From an uncultured Planctomycetota bacterium (GTDB lineage: Bacteria; Planctomycetota; Planctomycetia; Gemmatales; Gemmataceae), in the NCBI GenBank assembly GCA_963849325.1, contig CAWKHF010000004.1, positions 288,001 through 352,000 on the forward strand: DNA of 64,000 nt, written 5' to 3'. Under the pieces are notes generated by a model. The model was not told the origin of the DNA, ran no database searches, and worked only from the letters and a program-made list of their open reading frames with translations. Position numbers and translations under genes: made by a program. The stretch's first letter is position 1. Every line of letters begins with the position of its first letter. Positions 43,765 through 56,915 of the stretch are shown here, in pieces.

Positions 43765-44059
43765 GGATCCTTCCTCGATAGTTGCACAGAGGGGGGCCGC
43801 GAGGCTTCCTGCTCGCCAAGTCCCCCTGCTCGCGTCGATCCGGACTCGTAAGTATAGGATCGGTAGACAAGTGGCGAATCTCGAAATTGTGTGTTTCGAC
43901 GGTTCGCATTCCGGGTCCGTGAGGGAGGATCGCTCGGATTTCGCGGCCTTGACGCTTTAGCGAAGCGGGCGCTCTTCCGTCGATTGGCGAAGTTGGCGGA
44001 GATAAACCGAGGTGGTCCCTCCCTGCTGAAGGCCGCATCCTTGGAGGCTTCTTGCCATC

Positions 44060-45569
44060 ATGCTGCCCGAATTCACACCGGCCGTCGCTCGCGCTTTGGA
44101 AGTAGCACAGGCCCACGCCCACGCGCTGGGCGCCGTGGAGATCCTCCCCCTCTACCTGGTGCATGGCCTGCTGGCGGAAGAAGAAGGGCGGGCCTTCGCG
44201 CTGGCGGTCGAGGCCGGGCTGGATGCCGTCGCCTTTCGAGCCCGTCGCACCTCTTGCGATAGCCCTCCTCCCTCCGAACGATCGCCGTTGCCGCTGCACC
44301 CGCGCGCAGTCGGCCTTTTTTGTTGCTCGGGATGTGGCCCGCGAGGCGACCGGCGAGAGTACGGTCGTCAGCGAAGCGCTGCTGCTGGCGCTTCTCCGCA
44401 CGGATGAGACGTTGGCCGCCGAACTGGAATCGTTCGGCCTGCGTCTGGCTGATCTGGAAGCCAGCATCCTTTCGCGCCGCCCGCCGCCCCCCCAGATCGA
44501 GGAGCCGCTTCACCTGGGCGACGTCACCGAGCACGTGGACACCGCCCGCATTCTCGATGCCTGCGCGAACCGCGCGCGGGAGGGGCTGCGCGTCGTCGAG
44601 GATTATTGCCGTTTCGTCCTCGACGATGCGTTTCTGAGCCGTTCCTTGAAGGAACTGCGCCACGATCTCACGTCGGTCCTGGCCGACCTTTCCGCCGACC
44701 TGCTTCTGGAGTCGCGCGAGACCCAGCGCGACGTCGGCACCGCGTTGACGACGCCGTCGGAGTTCGACCGCGCCTCGCTGCGCGACGTGGTAGGGGCCAA
44801 CTTGAAGCGATTGCAAGAGGCTTTGCGCAGCCTGGAAGAGTTCGGCAAGGTGCGCAATCCTCTTTGCGCTCAAGTGCTGGAGCAGTTGCGTTATCGCAGC
44901 TACACCCTGGAACGTGCCATCGTCCTCGGCGCGACGGCGCGTCATCGACTGGCAGGAGCGCGGCTCTACGTGTTGCTGTCGCGGTCCCGGTGCGCGGCCT
45001 CTCTCGACTGGACCATCGCCGAGGCGGCCGCCGGCGGGGCGCAGGTCGTGCAGTTGCGCGAGAAGGGCTTAACTGATCGTGAACTGCACGAGCGCGCCCG
45101 AGAGGTACGACACTGGACGCGGCAGGCCGGCGTCCTGTTCATCCTCAACGATCGTCCCGACATTGCCCGCCTGGTCGAGGCCGACGGCGTCCACCTCGGC
45201 CAGGACGATTTGCCCATCAAGGAAGCGCGTCGCATCCTCGGTCCCGATGCGCTCATTGGCGTCAGCACGCACAACCTGGAACAGCTGCGCCAGGCAATCC
45301 TCGACGGGGCCAGCTATGTCGGTGTCGGCCCGACCTTCCCGTCGGCGACCAAGGACTTCACGGACTTGGCGGGTCCGGAATTTGTGCGTCAGGCGTTGGC
45401 CGAGACGACGTTGCCGGCCTTCGTCATCGGCGGCGTCAATCCGAGTACGATTGATGCGGTCGTGGCGGCGGGAGCGCGTCGTGTGGCCGTCGGCCAGGCG
45501 ATCACCGCCGCGGACGATCCGCGCAGTGTGGCGTCGGCCCTGCTGGCCGCGCTGCCGACGGGCGCCTGA
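44060..45569 (+). CDS. thiE: Thiamine-phosphate synthase with N-terminal Clp-N-like and ThiD2-like domains (frameshift near 44315)
   Basis: FTPAVARALEVAQ...LVHGLL (Clp-N-like); RILDACANRAREGLRVVEDYCRF; VQLREK, NDRPDIA, GVHLGQDD, GVSTH, GPTFPSATK, IGGVN. Confidence 0.9.
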
Positions 45570-45609
45570 GCGACGACCGAAAAGTTCACGCCGAATGAGG
45601 GCTTTTCCG

Positions 45610-45637
45610 TTGACAGACTTCTTCGCCGTCCTATAAT
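45610..45637 (+). promoter_or_regulatory. Consensus sigma70 promoter of the tRNA/rRNA locus
   Basis: TTGACA-N16-TATAAT. Confidence 0.85.
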
Positions 45638-45750
45638 TCACTCTGCCCAACTGTCCCCCGGCACTCGTTGGTTGAGGTGTCCATGGTTTTGATCTCCATC
45701 CACTCCGGCAAGACGAGGTGAAGCTCTATCCTTCCATCCCGAGCGGATAG

Positions 45751-45779
45751 GGCCAAACCTGTGTAGGTTTGGCTTTTTT
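45751..45779 (+). terminator. Intrinsic terminator-like hairpin just upstream of tRNA-Ile
   Basis: GCCAAACCT-GTGT-AGGTTTGGC-TTTTTT. Confidence 0.7.
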
Positions 45780-45794
45780 GTTTACTAGACAACC

Positions 45795-45868
45795 GCGGGC
45801 ATAGCTCAGTTGGCTAGAGCGCAGCTCTGATAAAGCTGAGGTCCCAAGTTCGAATCTTGGTGCCCGCA
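45795..45868 (+). tRNA. tRNA-Ile(GAT)
   Basis: Cloverleaf: GCGGGCA/TGCCCGC acceptor, CAGCT-CTGATAA-AGCTG anticodon arm, CCAAG-TTCGAAT-CTTGG T arm. CCA not encoded. Confidence 0.95.
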
Positions 45869-45916
45869 TTAGGTGGTGTATCGAGGAAATACTTGCGGTG
45901 GGACAAGGAACGCCCC

Positions 45917-46354
45917 ATGTCGAGACCAATAAACCCGCGTCCTCCGTGCCCGACCTGCGGCAAAACGATGAGTTGGCCTCGATCCCGCTTTTGCTCTCCA
46001 AAATGTCGCTTGGAATTGGATTATCAACGGTATATTGCACGGTGGCTTCAAGGCGAGGTTTCCGGCGGCAGGGCAGGCGGTAGAGTTTCTAGCCATGTGC
46101 GCCGTTGGCTTTTTGAAAGAGCCGAAAGCAAGTGTGAGCAGTGTGGCTGGAGTCGAGTTCATCCGATCACAGGACACATACCACTTGCTGTCCACCACAA
46201 GGATGGTGACTCGGAGAACCATCAGCCAGATAATTTGGAGTTGCTCTGTGGTGGTTGCCACATGCTGACTCCCAACTACGGAAAATTGAATCAAGGTCGA
46301 GGTCGCGCCAGACGGGTGGAGAAGTTGAGGCTGTTGGCAGTTGCGGGGATGTAG
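45917..46354 (+). CDS. HNH endonuclease with N-terminal zinc-ribbon motif
   Basis: CPTCG...FCSPKC; CEQCG...LAVHHKDGDSENHQPDNLELLCGGCH; AAGGA RBS. Confidence 0.88.
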   Translation: MSRPINPRPPCPTCGKTMSWPRSRFCSPKCRLELDYQRYIARWLQGEVSGGRAGGRVSSHVRRWLFERAESKCEQCGWSRVHPITGHIPLAVHHKDGDSENHQPDNLELLCGGCHMLTPNYGKLNQGRGRARRVEKLRLLAVAGM

Positions 46355-46417
46355 CTCAGTTGGGAGAGCGCGTGATTTGCATTCACGAGGTCAGGGGTTC
46401 GAACCCCCTCATCTCCA
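46345..46417 (+). tRNA. tRNA-Ala(TGC)
   Basis: GGGGATG/CATCTCC acceptor with G3:U70, CGTGA-TTTGCAT-TCACG anticodon arm, AGGGG-TTCGAAC-CCCCT T arm. Confidence 0.95.
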
Positions 46418-46451
46418 CATAAGAAAAAATCAAAAAAAACAGCGGAGGGCA

Positions 46452-46480
46452 TTGACAGAGAGAGAGGACATCGCTAGGAT
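46452..46480 (+). promoter_or_regulatory. Second sigma70 promoter directly serving 23S-5S
   Basis: TTGACA-N17-TAGGAT preceded by an A-rich UP-like tract; boxA-like TGTTCTTTGACAA near 46689. Confidence 0.75.
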
Positions 46481-46928
46481 TATCAATCCCAAATGGATGG
46501 GGAGAAAAGACTTAGGTCATAAAGTCTCCGTCCGTTTCTTGTCTGGGTGAGAGTCGCTGCACGGGTCTTCTGATTGGCGTGCATCGACTCCCGATCAGCA
46601 AGACGAGGGTTCTAAGACCTTCGATTGTTCGGGTCGGGATGGCCAGTTCAACAGTTAGCGTCTCTGGCGCGGTTGACTGGTAGCCGTTTGTTCTTTGACA
46701 ATTTGGCAGCGGTAGAAGTTGCAATTCACGAGCAACGGCGGCACAGCGAGCTTTGGCAAACTGTGCTGACGTTTCTTGCGATCTCTGCATGAGCCCGAGA
46801 GAGAGTAGGATCGTTACTCCTCCCACCCGACGTTGGCCGCCTGGCCGCGACGAGGTGGGGCGGTAACTTGGAAGCGATGCCGGCTTCGGTACGGTGGGTC
46901 TCCACCAGCCCGAGGGCGGGATCAATGC

Positions 46929-49807
<2,879 letters not shown>

Positions 49808-49909
49808 GCATTGATCCTGCTCTCGGACCCCCACCAGGGTCCGATCCTGGACGGACCATGCAGAGAGAATTGCGACTTCGACCGCTGCCAGATGATACAC
49901 GCAGAGCTT

Positions 49910-50019
49910 TCCCGGTGAGCAGACCTGGATGGCCCCACCCGTTCCCATTCCGAACACGGCCGTTAAGCATCCAGGGCCGATGGTAGTCCTTCGCGGGCGA
50001 GAGTAGGGTATCGCCGGGG
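49910..50019 (+). rRNA. rrf: 5S ribosomal RNA
   Basis: CCACCCGTTCCCATTCCGAACACGG..GTTAAG, GATGGTA, GAGAGTAGG; terminal helix TCCCGGTGA/TCGCCGGGA. Confidence 0.95.
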
Positions 50020-50025
50020 ATTTTT

Positions 50026-50061
50026 CGACGCCCCCCTGAATACAAAATCAGGGGGGCGTCG
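50026..50061 (+). terminator. Hairpin after 5S rRNA
   Basis: CGACGCCCCCCTGA...TCAGGGGGGCGTCG; no clear U-tract. Confidence 0.6.
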
Positions 50062-50163
50062 CCGTTGACTGAACCACATCAAGAATTCACTCCCAATTAC
50101 ACTTCTCGGAATCGAAAACCTTCTGGGCGTGCAACAGTCTCATTCGTTGATGAACATCCAGCG

Positions 50164-50934
50164 TTAGAGATGCCAATGCCAATCGCGCATCTGCTCCAGA
50201 ATGGCGAGGTGCGTCAGATCGAAGCGTAGCGGCGTCACGGTGATCCAGCCATCGGCCAGGGCGGTGACGTCGGAATCGGGGTGCGGATCGGGACAGCGAA
50301 AATCGGGGTTCGACCAGAAATACATACGGCCGCGCGGATCGATGCGGCGGTCGTAGGTCTCGATGTAGGCGGCCAGGTTCTGCGGAACGGTGCGGATGCC
50401 GCGGATCGGGCCACGCTCCGGACTGGGGATGTTGACGTTGAAGAGCGTGCCAATGTCCGGTTCATGCGCGAGCACCTGCTCGATGACACGACGAGCGAGG
50501 TCCGCACCGCGGGCGAAGTCCAGGGGCTGGAGCTTGGTATATTCCAACGAACAGGCGATACTGGTGCGGCGGAAGAAAGCGCCTTCGATGGCCGCCGCCA
50601 CCGTGCCGGAATAGAGCACGTTGATGCCGGCGTTCGAGCCGGCATTAAGACCGCTGACAATCAGGTCCGGTGGCTCCGGCAGCAGTTCGCGTAAGGCCAA
50701 TTTCACGCAGTCGGCGGGACGCCCCTCGACCGCCCAGCCCATCGGCTGGCGGTCTTCGTCCAGCACTTCTTGCACGACTAAAGGGGTCGTCAATGTCACC
50801 GAATGGCCGACGGCGCTCTGCTCCGTGGCGGGTGCGACCACGATCACCTCGCCGAGCTTGCGCAGCTCCGGTCGCAGCGCCCGCAAACCGGGAGCATAGA
50901 TACCATCATCATTGGTCAACAAGATGCGCACCAA
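50164..50934 (-). CDS. surE: 5'/3'-nucleotidase SurE
   Basis: ILLTNDDGIYAPGL, GRPADCV, SGLNAGSN, YSGTVAAAIEG. Confidence 0.96.
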   Translation of the reverse strand: MVRILLTNDDGIYAPGLRALRPELRKLGEVIVVAPATEQSAVGHSVTLTTPLVVQEVLDEDRQPMGWAVEGRPADCVKLALRELLPEPPDLIVSGLNAGSNAGINVLYSGTVAAAIEGAFFRRTSIACSLEYTKLQPLDFARGADLARRVIEQVLAHEPDIGTLFNVNIPSPERGPIRGIRTVPQNLAAYIETYDRRIDPRGRMYFWSNPDFRCPDPHPDSDVTALADGWITVTPLRFDLTHLAILEQMRDWHWHL

Positions 50935-50943
50935 CGTCTCCCT

Positions 50944-52289
50944 TTATTCTTCCAGCTTCTTGCGCCGCAGGATGTGGTGATAGTGCTGAGCGAAGCGATG
51001 GGCCTCGTCGCGGACGTACTGCAACAGCCGCAGCGCCGCTGCGTGCCGACTCAGCCGCAGCGGCTCGGCCTCGCCGGGACGATAGATCTCCTCCTCGCGC
51101 TTGGCCAGGGAGATCAGACAGGGCGGCTCGACGCCGAGCACCGCAAAGGCGTCGAGGGCGGCGTTGAGCTGGCCCTTGCCGCCGTCGATGAGCAAGATGT
51201 CGGGAAAGACCTGCTCCTCCTCGCCGGCCCGCGGCGTGGACGTGACGAAAGCGGCGTGTCACCACCTCGCGGATCGAGGCGAAATCATCGATGCCATGCA
51301 CCGACTTGATGCGAAAGCGGCGATAGCCGGGCTTGAACGGCAAGCCGTCGATGAAGTTCACCAGGGACGCTACGGTGTCACTACCGCCGAGGTGAGCGAT
51401 ATCCACGCCTTCAATGGTGCGCGGCGTCTTCGCCAGGCCGAGCACCTTGCGCAGTCCGGCGAGTCCCTTCTTGGGATCGATGGGAAAGACTTCCGGCTGC
51501 ACATCGCGCTGCACGTCGCCGCGCTGCCCCAGCGCCTGCAGCGCCGCGATGTCGTCGCGCAGCCGGTGCCGCCTTCTCGAACAGCAGCGACTTGCTCGCT
51601 TCCTCCATCTCCTGCTCCATCTCGCGGATGAGCCGGTCCTTCTTGCCTTCGAGCACCATGCGCAGCGAACGAATCTGCTTGCGATACTCCTCCTTCGTCA
51701 CCCGGAAATTGCACGGGGCGGTGCATTGGCGGATGCTGTGCAGCAGGCAGGGGCGGAACCAACGCCAGCGGCTGTCGTCGGCCTTGATGTCCAGCGAGCA
51801 GGTGCGAAACTGGAAGATGCGTTGCAAGACGCGGATGGCCTGACGCAGTGTGCGGGCACTGGTGAAGGGGCCGTAGAGGCGGACGCCGCGGCGCCGCGGC
51901 TGGCGCGTGAACTCGACACGCGGGAAGTCTTCACGAATGCGAATTTGCAAATAGGGGAATGTCTTGTCGTCCTTTAGCTCGACGTTGAAGCGTGGCTGGA
52001 TGTCCTTGACGAGCCGCGCCTCCATGAGCAGGGCATCGACCTCGCTGTCGGCGGGTAGGAAATCGATGTCGGCGATGAGCGGCACCAGGTCGGCGGTGCG
52101 CGGATCGTCGATGGCGGCCTTCGTGAAGTAATGCGAGGCGCGGTTGCGAAGGTTCTTGGCTTTGCCGGCGTAGAGGACAACTCCGCGAGCGTCCTTCATG
52201 AGATAGACGCCGGGTGTGGTCGGGAACTGTTTGACCTTCTCGGCGGGCGGCAAGGCGGTCGAATCGGCCGGCGGTTCGGTGGTGGACAT
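50944..52289 (-). CDS. uvrC: Excinuclease ABC subunit C, short form, frameshifted
   Basis: PGVYLMKD...YAGKAKNLRNR (GIY-YIG), YGPF, UVR motif, IEGVDIAHL, YRRFRIK, DDFASI, LIDGGKGQL, RDEAHRFA. Confidence 0.9.
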
Positions 52290-52386
52290 GGCGCCTTCTC
52301 CTGGACGCGGAACTCCTCGGAGGGCCACCCGTCCTCCACGGCCCCTTCTTCATGATATACGAACGATCATGGGATGAGGGTCCGAC

Positions 52387-53690
52387 TCAGGAGTTTGTGC
52401 GCGGGCCGATGCGGTCCTTGCCCATCCACGGCCGCAGCACTTCCGGCACGACGACGGAGCCGTCGGCCTGCTGGTTGTTCTCCAGGATGGCGAGCAGGGC
52501 GCGCGTGACAGCCACGGCCGTGCCGTTGAGGGTGTGGACGAAGCGCGTGCCCTTCTGCTCGTGCGTCTTGTAGCGGATGTTGAGACGGCGGGCCTGGTAG
52601 TCGGTGCAGTTCGACGTGCTCGTCACCTCGCCGTATTCGCCGCCCTGGCCGCGTCCCGGCATCCACGCCTCCAGGTCGTATTTGCGGTAAGCCGGACCTC
52701 CCAAGTCGCCGGTGCAGGTGTCGATGACGTGATACGGCAATCCGAGTCCCTGGAAAATCTTCTCCTCGATGTCCAGGAGTTCCTGATGGTGATGCTCGCT
52801 CTGATCGGGAGTGCAGAAGACGAACATCTCGACCTTGGTGAACTGGTGGACGCGGTACAGCCCGCGCGTATCGCGGCCCGGAGCGCCGGCCTCGGTGCGG
52901 AAACAGTGCGACAGGCCGACGTACTTCTTCGGCAAATCCAGCTCGTCGAAGATGTGATCGCGGTGCATGCCGCCGAGCGTGATCTCGGCCGTGGCGATCA
53001 GGCACAGGTCGGTATCGCTCAGCGAATAGATCTGCCGTTTCTCCGGGTCGGGGTCGCGCGGATGAAGCCGATGCCCTCCAGCACCTCGACGCGGGCCACG
53101 TCCGGCGTGATGATCGGCGTGTAATCCGTCGCCGATCAGCGTCTGCATGGCGTACTGCACCAGGGCCAGCTCCAGCAGCACGGCCTCGTTCTTCAGGTAG
53201 TAGAACTTCTGCCCGGCCACCGAGGCGCCGGCCTCGAAATCGACCAGGTTGCAGCGACTCGGCCAGGGCGACGTGGTCCTTGGCGGCGAAGTCGAACTTC
53301 GCGCGGCTCGCCCCACTGTGCGGATGACCTTGTTGTCCTCCGCGGTCGTGCCGACCGGGGCGTCGGGGTGCGTCATGTTGGGGATGGTCAAGAGCGACGT
53401 CGTGCAGTTGGTCCTGGATCGTCTTGAGTTGCTTTTCTCCACCTGCTGGCCTCTTCGCGGAGTCGCTTGCCTTCGGCGATCAACTCCTGCTTGCGAGCGG
53501 GGTCTTTCTCCTTGGGGATGAGCTTGGAGACTTCGTTCTGGCGCTGCTGAATCGCCTGCGTTTGCTGGATCAGGCGCTTGCGTTCGTCGTCGAGCTGGAC
53601 GACGCGATCCACGTCGGCCTTGACGTTGCGATGGCGGCAGTTCGTCTTGACGGCGTCCAGGTGCTCACGAATGAAGGCGGCGTCCAGCAT
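52387..53690 (-). CDS. serS: Serine--tRNA ligase, frameshifted
   Basis: MLDAAFIRE, IPNMTHPD, LIATAEITL, CFRTEAG, GLYRVHQFTKVE, EVTSTSNCTDYQARRL, HTLNGT. Confidence 0.95.
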
Positions 53691-54185
53691 GGGAGGACTC
53701 GACTATTTCAGAGAAAAACGGCGGCTCGGGGAAGGCCGTGGATCCGGTCACGTTCGGGAGATTTTACGAGGTGATCCGCAAACCATCAACACGGCTGCCA
53801 GCAGGCGTTCCTAACACGCCGGAGGGGCTGAAAGTCCAATCATCCCCCTTCCCCGCGATCCCCAGCCCTTCCGAACAGGGTGCAAAGGTGGGCGTAAGTT
53901 GTTGAGACAAGGAGAGTTCACGGTCCTGACCGTCTCCCTTGGTCATTGCCACTCTCCAGGAGAACGAGTACCCTCCCTCTCCATCTTCACCGAATGGGCT
54001 GAGCCGTTCCCTGGGCATCTTCACGTCGATCATGCTCCGGCTCAAACCCTCCTTCTCCTAGTTCCCAAGCGGAGCTTGGGCACGAGGTGAAAGTTTCTCA
54101 TTTCTCCGTAAAGAAATAGGCGAAATCACCTTTGCTGTTAACGGACTTTTTTTGACGAGCCGAGGAGTGACCTCAATTACGGGGA

Positions 54186-54894
54186 TTATCGTTGGCGGAG
54201 CGTTAGCTGCCTCATGTAGCCAGCACCGACTGTCCCAGTGTGCTGAGAGTTGGATTGGATCCGCACCGCCTTGATCGCCGGAGCATCTCCTGCGTGCAGA
54301 CGAGTGAAATCCTTGCGCAAATCCCGTGTCACCTCAACCCACTTGCCCAACTCACTGGCACCAGAGTTCACGACCAACACTTTGATCTTGGCTACAAAAA
54401 GGACGGATTCCTCCGTCACCGTACCCGCCGGCGCAGTTGTGTCCCAAACGTAGCTGACCACCTTGCCACCATCGAAGTAGACTAGTATCTGTACGCGCTT
54501 GGTCGTTGGCAGAACTCCGACGCACATCGCCGCCAGCGGGCAGTTGCTCAACCTTCCATGCCCAACTCAGATACCTTGACATCCTCGCTTCCGGAGGCAA
54601 CTCGCGGTTCAGTGAAAAGGATGCCTTGTCACTCTTCAAGTAAACGACCGACCCGTCGACCTGATCAGCGTTCTTGACAACTTGCACAACAGGTTTCCCC
54701 TTGTTTACCATCAACACCCATGGCCGTGGTATACTCTCAGTTGACAGCGGTCCATCAAAATCTAGGGTAACGGTCGGCTCTGGATCGGTATCAGCCCCGC
54801 GGGGTGTCGGTTGGCTGCAACCGCCTAAGACTAGCAAGCACAGGGTGGCTACGGATGCTCGTACCGGTGCGTTATCCGTGTGTGAATCAAGCAT
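54186..54894 (-). CDS. DUF3047-like lipoprotein (frameshift near 54500)
   Basis: LLVLGGC lipobox; LSWAWKVEQLPAGGD; YVWD; WVEVTRDLRKDF; IQSNSQHTG. Confidence 0.7.
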
Positions 54895-54941
54895 CGCTCG
54901 CATTTGTATCCACACTCCCGAAGATGGTTGCGCCGTCAGAC

Positions 54942-56264
54942 CTATTGCGGACCGGGTGGTTCGGCAGTGGCCTCGCCGGTTGTACTGCTGATGGAACGCA
55001 TAGTCTTCGTGAATTCATAGATGGCAATGCCCAGGACGATCCCGAAAAGGTAAGGCATCAAGCGGAACCATACGAGCCCGGCCCCGCAAAGCACAATCCC
55101 GATCCAAAGCGTGTTGAACCTCGGGTAACGAAAAGGCCAGAAATCCATATCCTTGAGTATTTGCTGGGCCGCATCGGGGTTCAGCTTGAAAGTGGCTTGG
55201 AACTCATCTGAAGACATTTGCTGGCAGATCGCTTCCATGTAAGAATTGGCTCTCCGAGCCGCGCCCGAGAGTACCACGCACGGTAGAATTAGCCCAACGA
55301 CGACGATGATAAATACCGCACCAAGGAGCACCCACCCGATGGAGTAATTAATGATGATGTCGGGTACGAGCACTTGCGCAATTTGCTTCTGCGCGGCAAG
55401 TCCAACGGGCTGTAACACCATTTGCAGTATATTCTGATCGGCAGAGGCAAGGTACATGTTCTGTAGAGTACTCAGGTAAAACACCAGGTAGAAACCGATG
55501 GCGTCAATCAGCATGAATATGCCGACCGGCTCGAAACGCTCGAACCCTCGCCGTCGATCGGGGTCGCTCAGGTCGGGAACGAACTGGACCTCGGACCACC
55601 ACGTATGCTTCATGGTAAAGAAGATGAATGCTGCGCAAACGGCGAGGAACAAGAAAAATATGGCAACCGCTACGCCCTGCATCGAGAACGCCAGGAACGA
55701 GAAGACCAGGTTGGTATACTTCTCCACTCCGGGGTTGAGCAGGTGACCGACCGCCCAGTCAATCTCGACCGTTTCCGCACCCTGCTGTTTGTTCGCATCC
55801 TCCAATGCGGCCAAGTTCTGATACATGCACAGCGGCCGTGCGGAATTCGTATACCACTCATAGATGCTAAGTAAGTATCCGCCCAGGGCGAATAAGAACC
55901 AAATGACGAGCGCACCACCCAAGCAACTTTCCCAACTGGCCTTCACCTCGTGGGGTCGTTTGACAAATGCACCGCGGCGAAAGAGCATGTGTGTTTTCTG
56001 TAGCTCGACGATCATCGAGTCAATGGCCTTAAGGATCACGAGTATTCCGCACATCACAATGGGAAACACGATGATGAAGGAGATCGTCCAGTTAACGGCC
56101 GGCATGTAACCGACCTCTTTCGTAATTTGCCCTCTGCGATAGTTCAGGAGGTGCAAACCTAGCGGGTAGCTGAGGACAAGCATGAAGGTGGCTCCCAGCC
56201 AAAAGAATAGGGGCAGAAACCAGATCTTTCCGCCTTTCAGGGCTTGTACTAATCGATTGAGCAT
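54942..56264 (-). CDS. Hypothetical polytopic membrane protein
   Basis: Long ORF with about 7-8 hydrophobic segments; visibly more AT-rich than neighbours. Confidence 0.75.
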   Translation of the reverse strand: MLNRLVQALKGGKIWFLPLFFWLGATFMLVLSYPLGLHLLNYRRGQITKEVGYMPAVNWTISFIIVFPIVMCGILVILKAIDSMIVELQKTHMLFRRGAFVKRPHEVKASWESCLGGALVIWFLFALGGYLLSIYEWYTNSARPLCMYQNLAALEDANKQQGAETVEIDWAVGHLLNPGVEKYTNLVFSFLAFSMQGVAVAIFFLFLAVCAAFIFFTMKHTWWSEVQFVPDLSDPDRRRGFERFEPVGIFMLIDAIGFYLVFYLSTLQNMYLASADQNILQMVLQPVGLAAQKQIAQVLVPDIIINYSIGWVLLGAVFIIVVVGLILPCVVLSGAARRANSYMEAICQQMSSDEFQATFKLNPDAAQQILKDMDFWPFRYPRFNTLWIGIVLCGAGLVWFRLMPYLFGIVLGIAIYEFTKTMRSISSTTGEATAEPPGPQ

Positions 56265-56522
56265 GACGGCGATTCCTGCAACCTGTCCAGGGTGCGCAGA
56301 CAGCCGTGCAGGCTGTCGGCCCATCCAGCGCCGAGACGACCGTTCCTCCACCCAGTATCCAAGGCAACTCGGGTCAACTGCTTGGCTGCGTTCTGGGCCA
56401 GGCGGACTCGCACCAGGAATCTGGTTGGGGCTTCCCCCTCGATTTCGATTATCTCATGCCGCGGCCCCACGGTAAAGAAGAATGGACGGAAACTCCCGCC
56501 TACGGAAAGAAAAAGAGAAGAA

Positions 56523-56590
56523 GGCGAGCGGGGTCGCGTCAGCGCCCGAGTGCGACGAGTACTCGGGGCGCTGACGCGACCCCGCTCGCC
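56523..56590. repeat. Palindromic REP-like element
   Basis: GGCGAGCGGGGTCGCGTCAGCGCCC...GGGCGCTGACGCGACCCCGCTCGCC. Confidence 0.85.
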
Positions 56591-56715
56591 AGGGTCTCTT
56601 TCGCCCGGCTCGAACGTCGTCGTCTTGGAAGTACTCCTAGCGAAGCGGGCGGCACACGAAGCACGTGCAACATCGACCTCGCCTGTACGCTCCGTTCTAG
56701 CGCACCGCATTATCC

Positions 56716-56785
56716 TCGTTTCGCCGCGACGCGCAGCGGAGCGCGGGAGCAATGCCACGCTCCGCTGCGCGTCGCGGCGTAACGA
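56716..56785. repeat. Palindromic REP-like element (copy 3 of the 11567 family)
   Basis: GCCGCGACGCGCAGCGGAGCG...CGCTCCGCTGCGCGTCGCGGC. Confidence 0.85.
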
Positions 56786-56915
56786 ATCATCTCGGTTGCT
56801 CAAGAGTTTCCCGGTCGGCCCCTCGATCCAGGCATACAAACAACATCAGGGTCCGTTCTCGGCCCGCGCGGTGCGGGCGTGCGGCCCGGACATTCGATCC
56901 TCGTGGAGCTTGAGC

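Noticed and set aside
45638-45780. T-box riboswitch before tRNA-Ile
   Set aside because: No GGTGG-ACC T-box motif, and too short for a typical stem I.
56292-56915. N-terminal extension on the aldehyde dehydrogenase
   Set aside because: It runs through REP palindromes; homology starts at ATG 56916 after a GGAG RBS.
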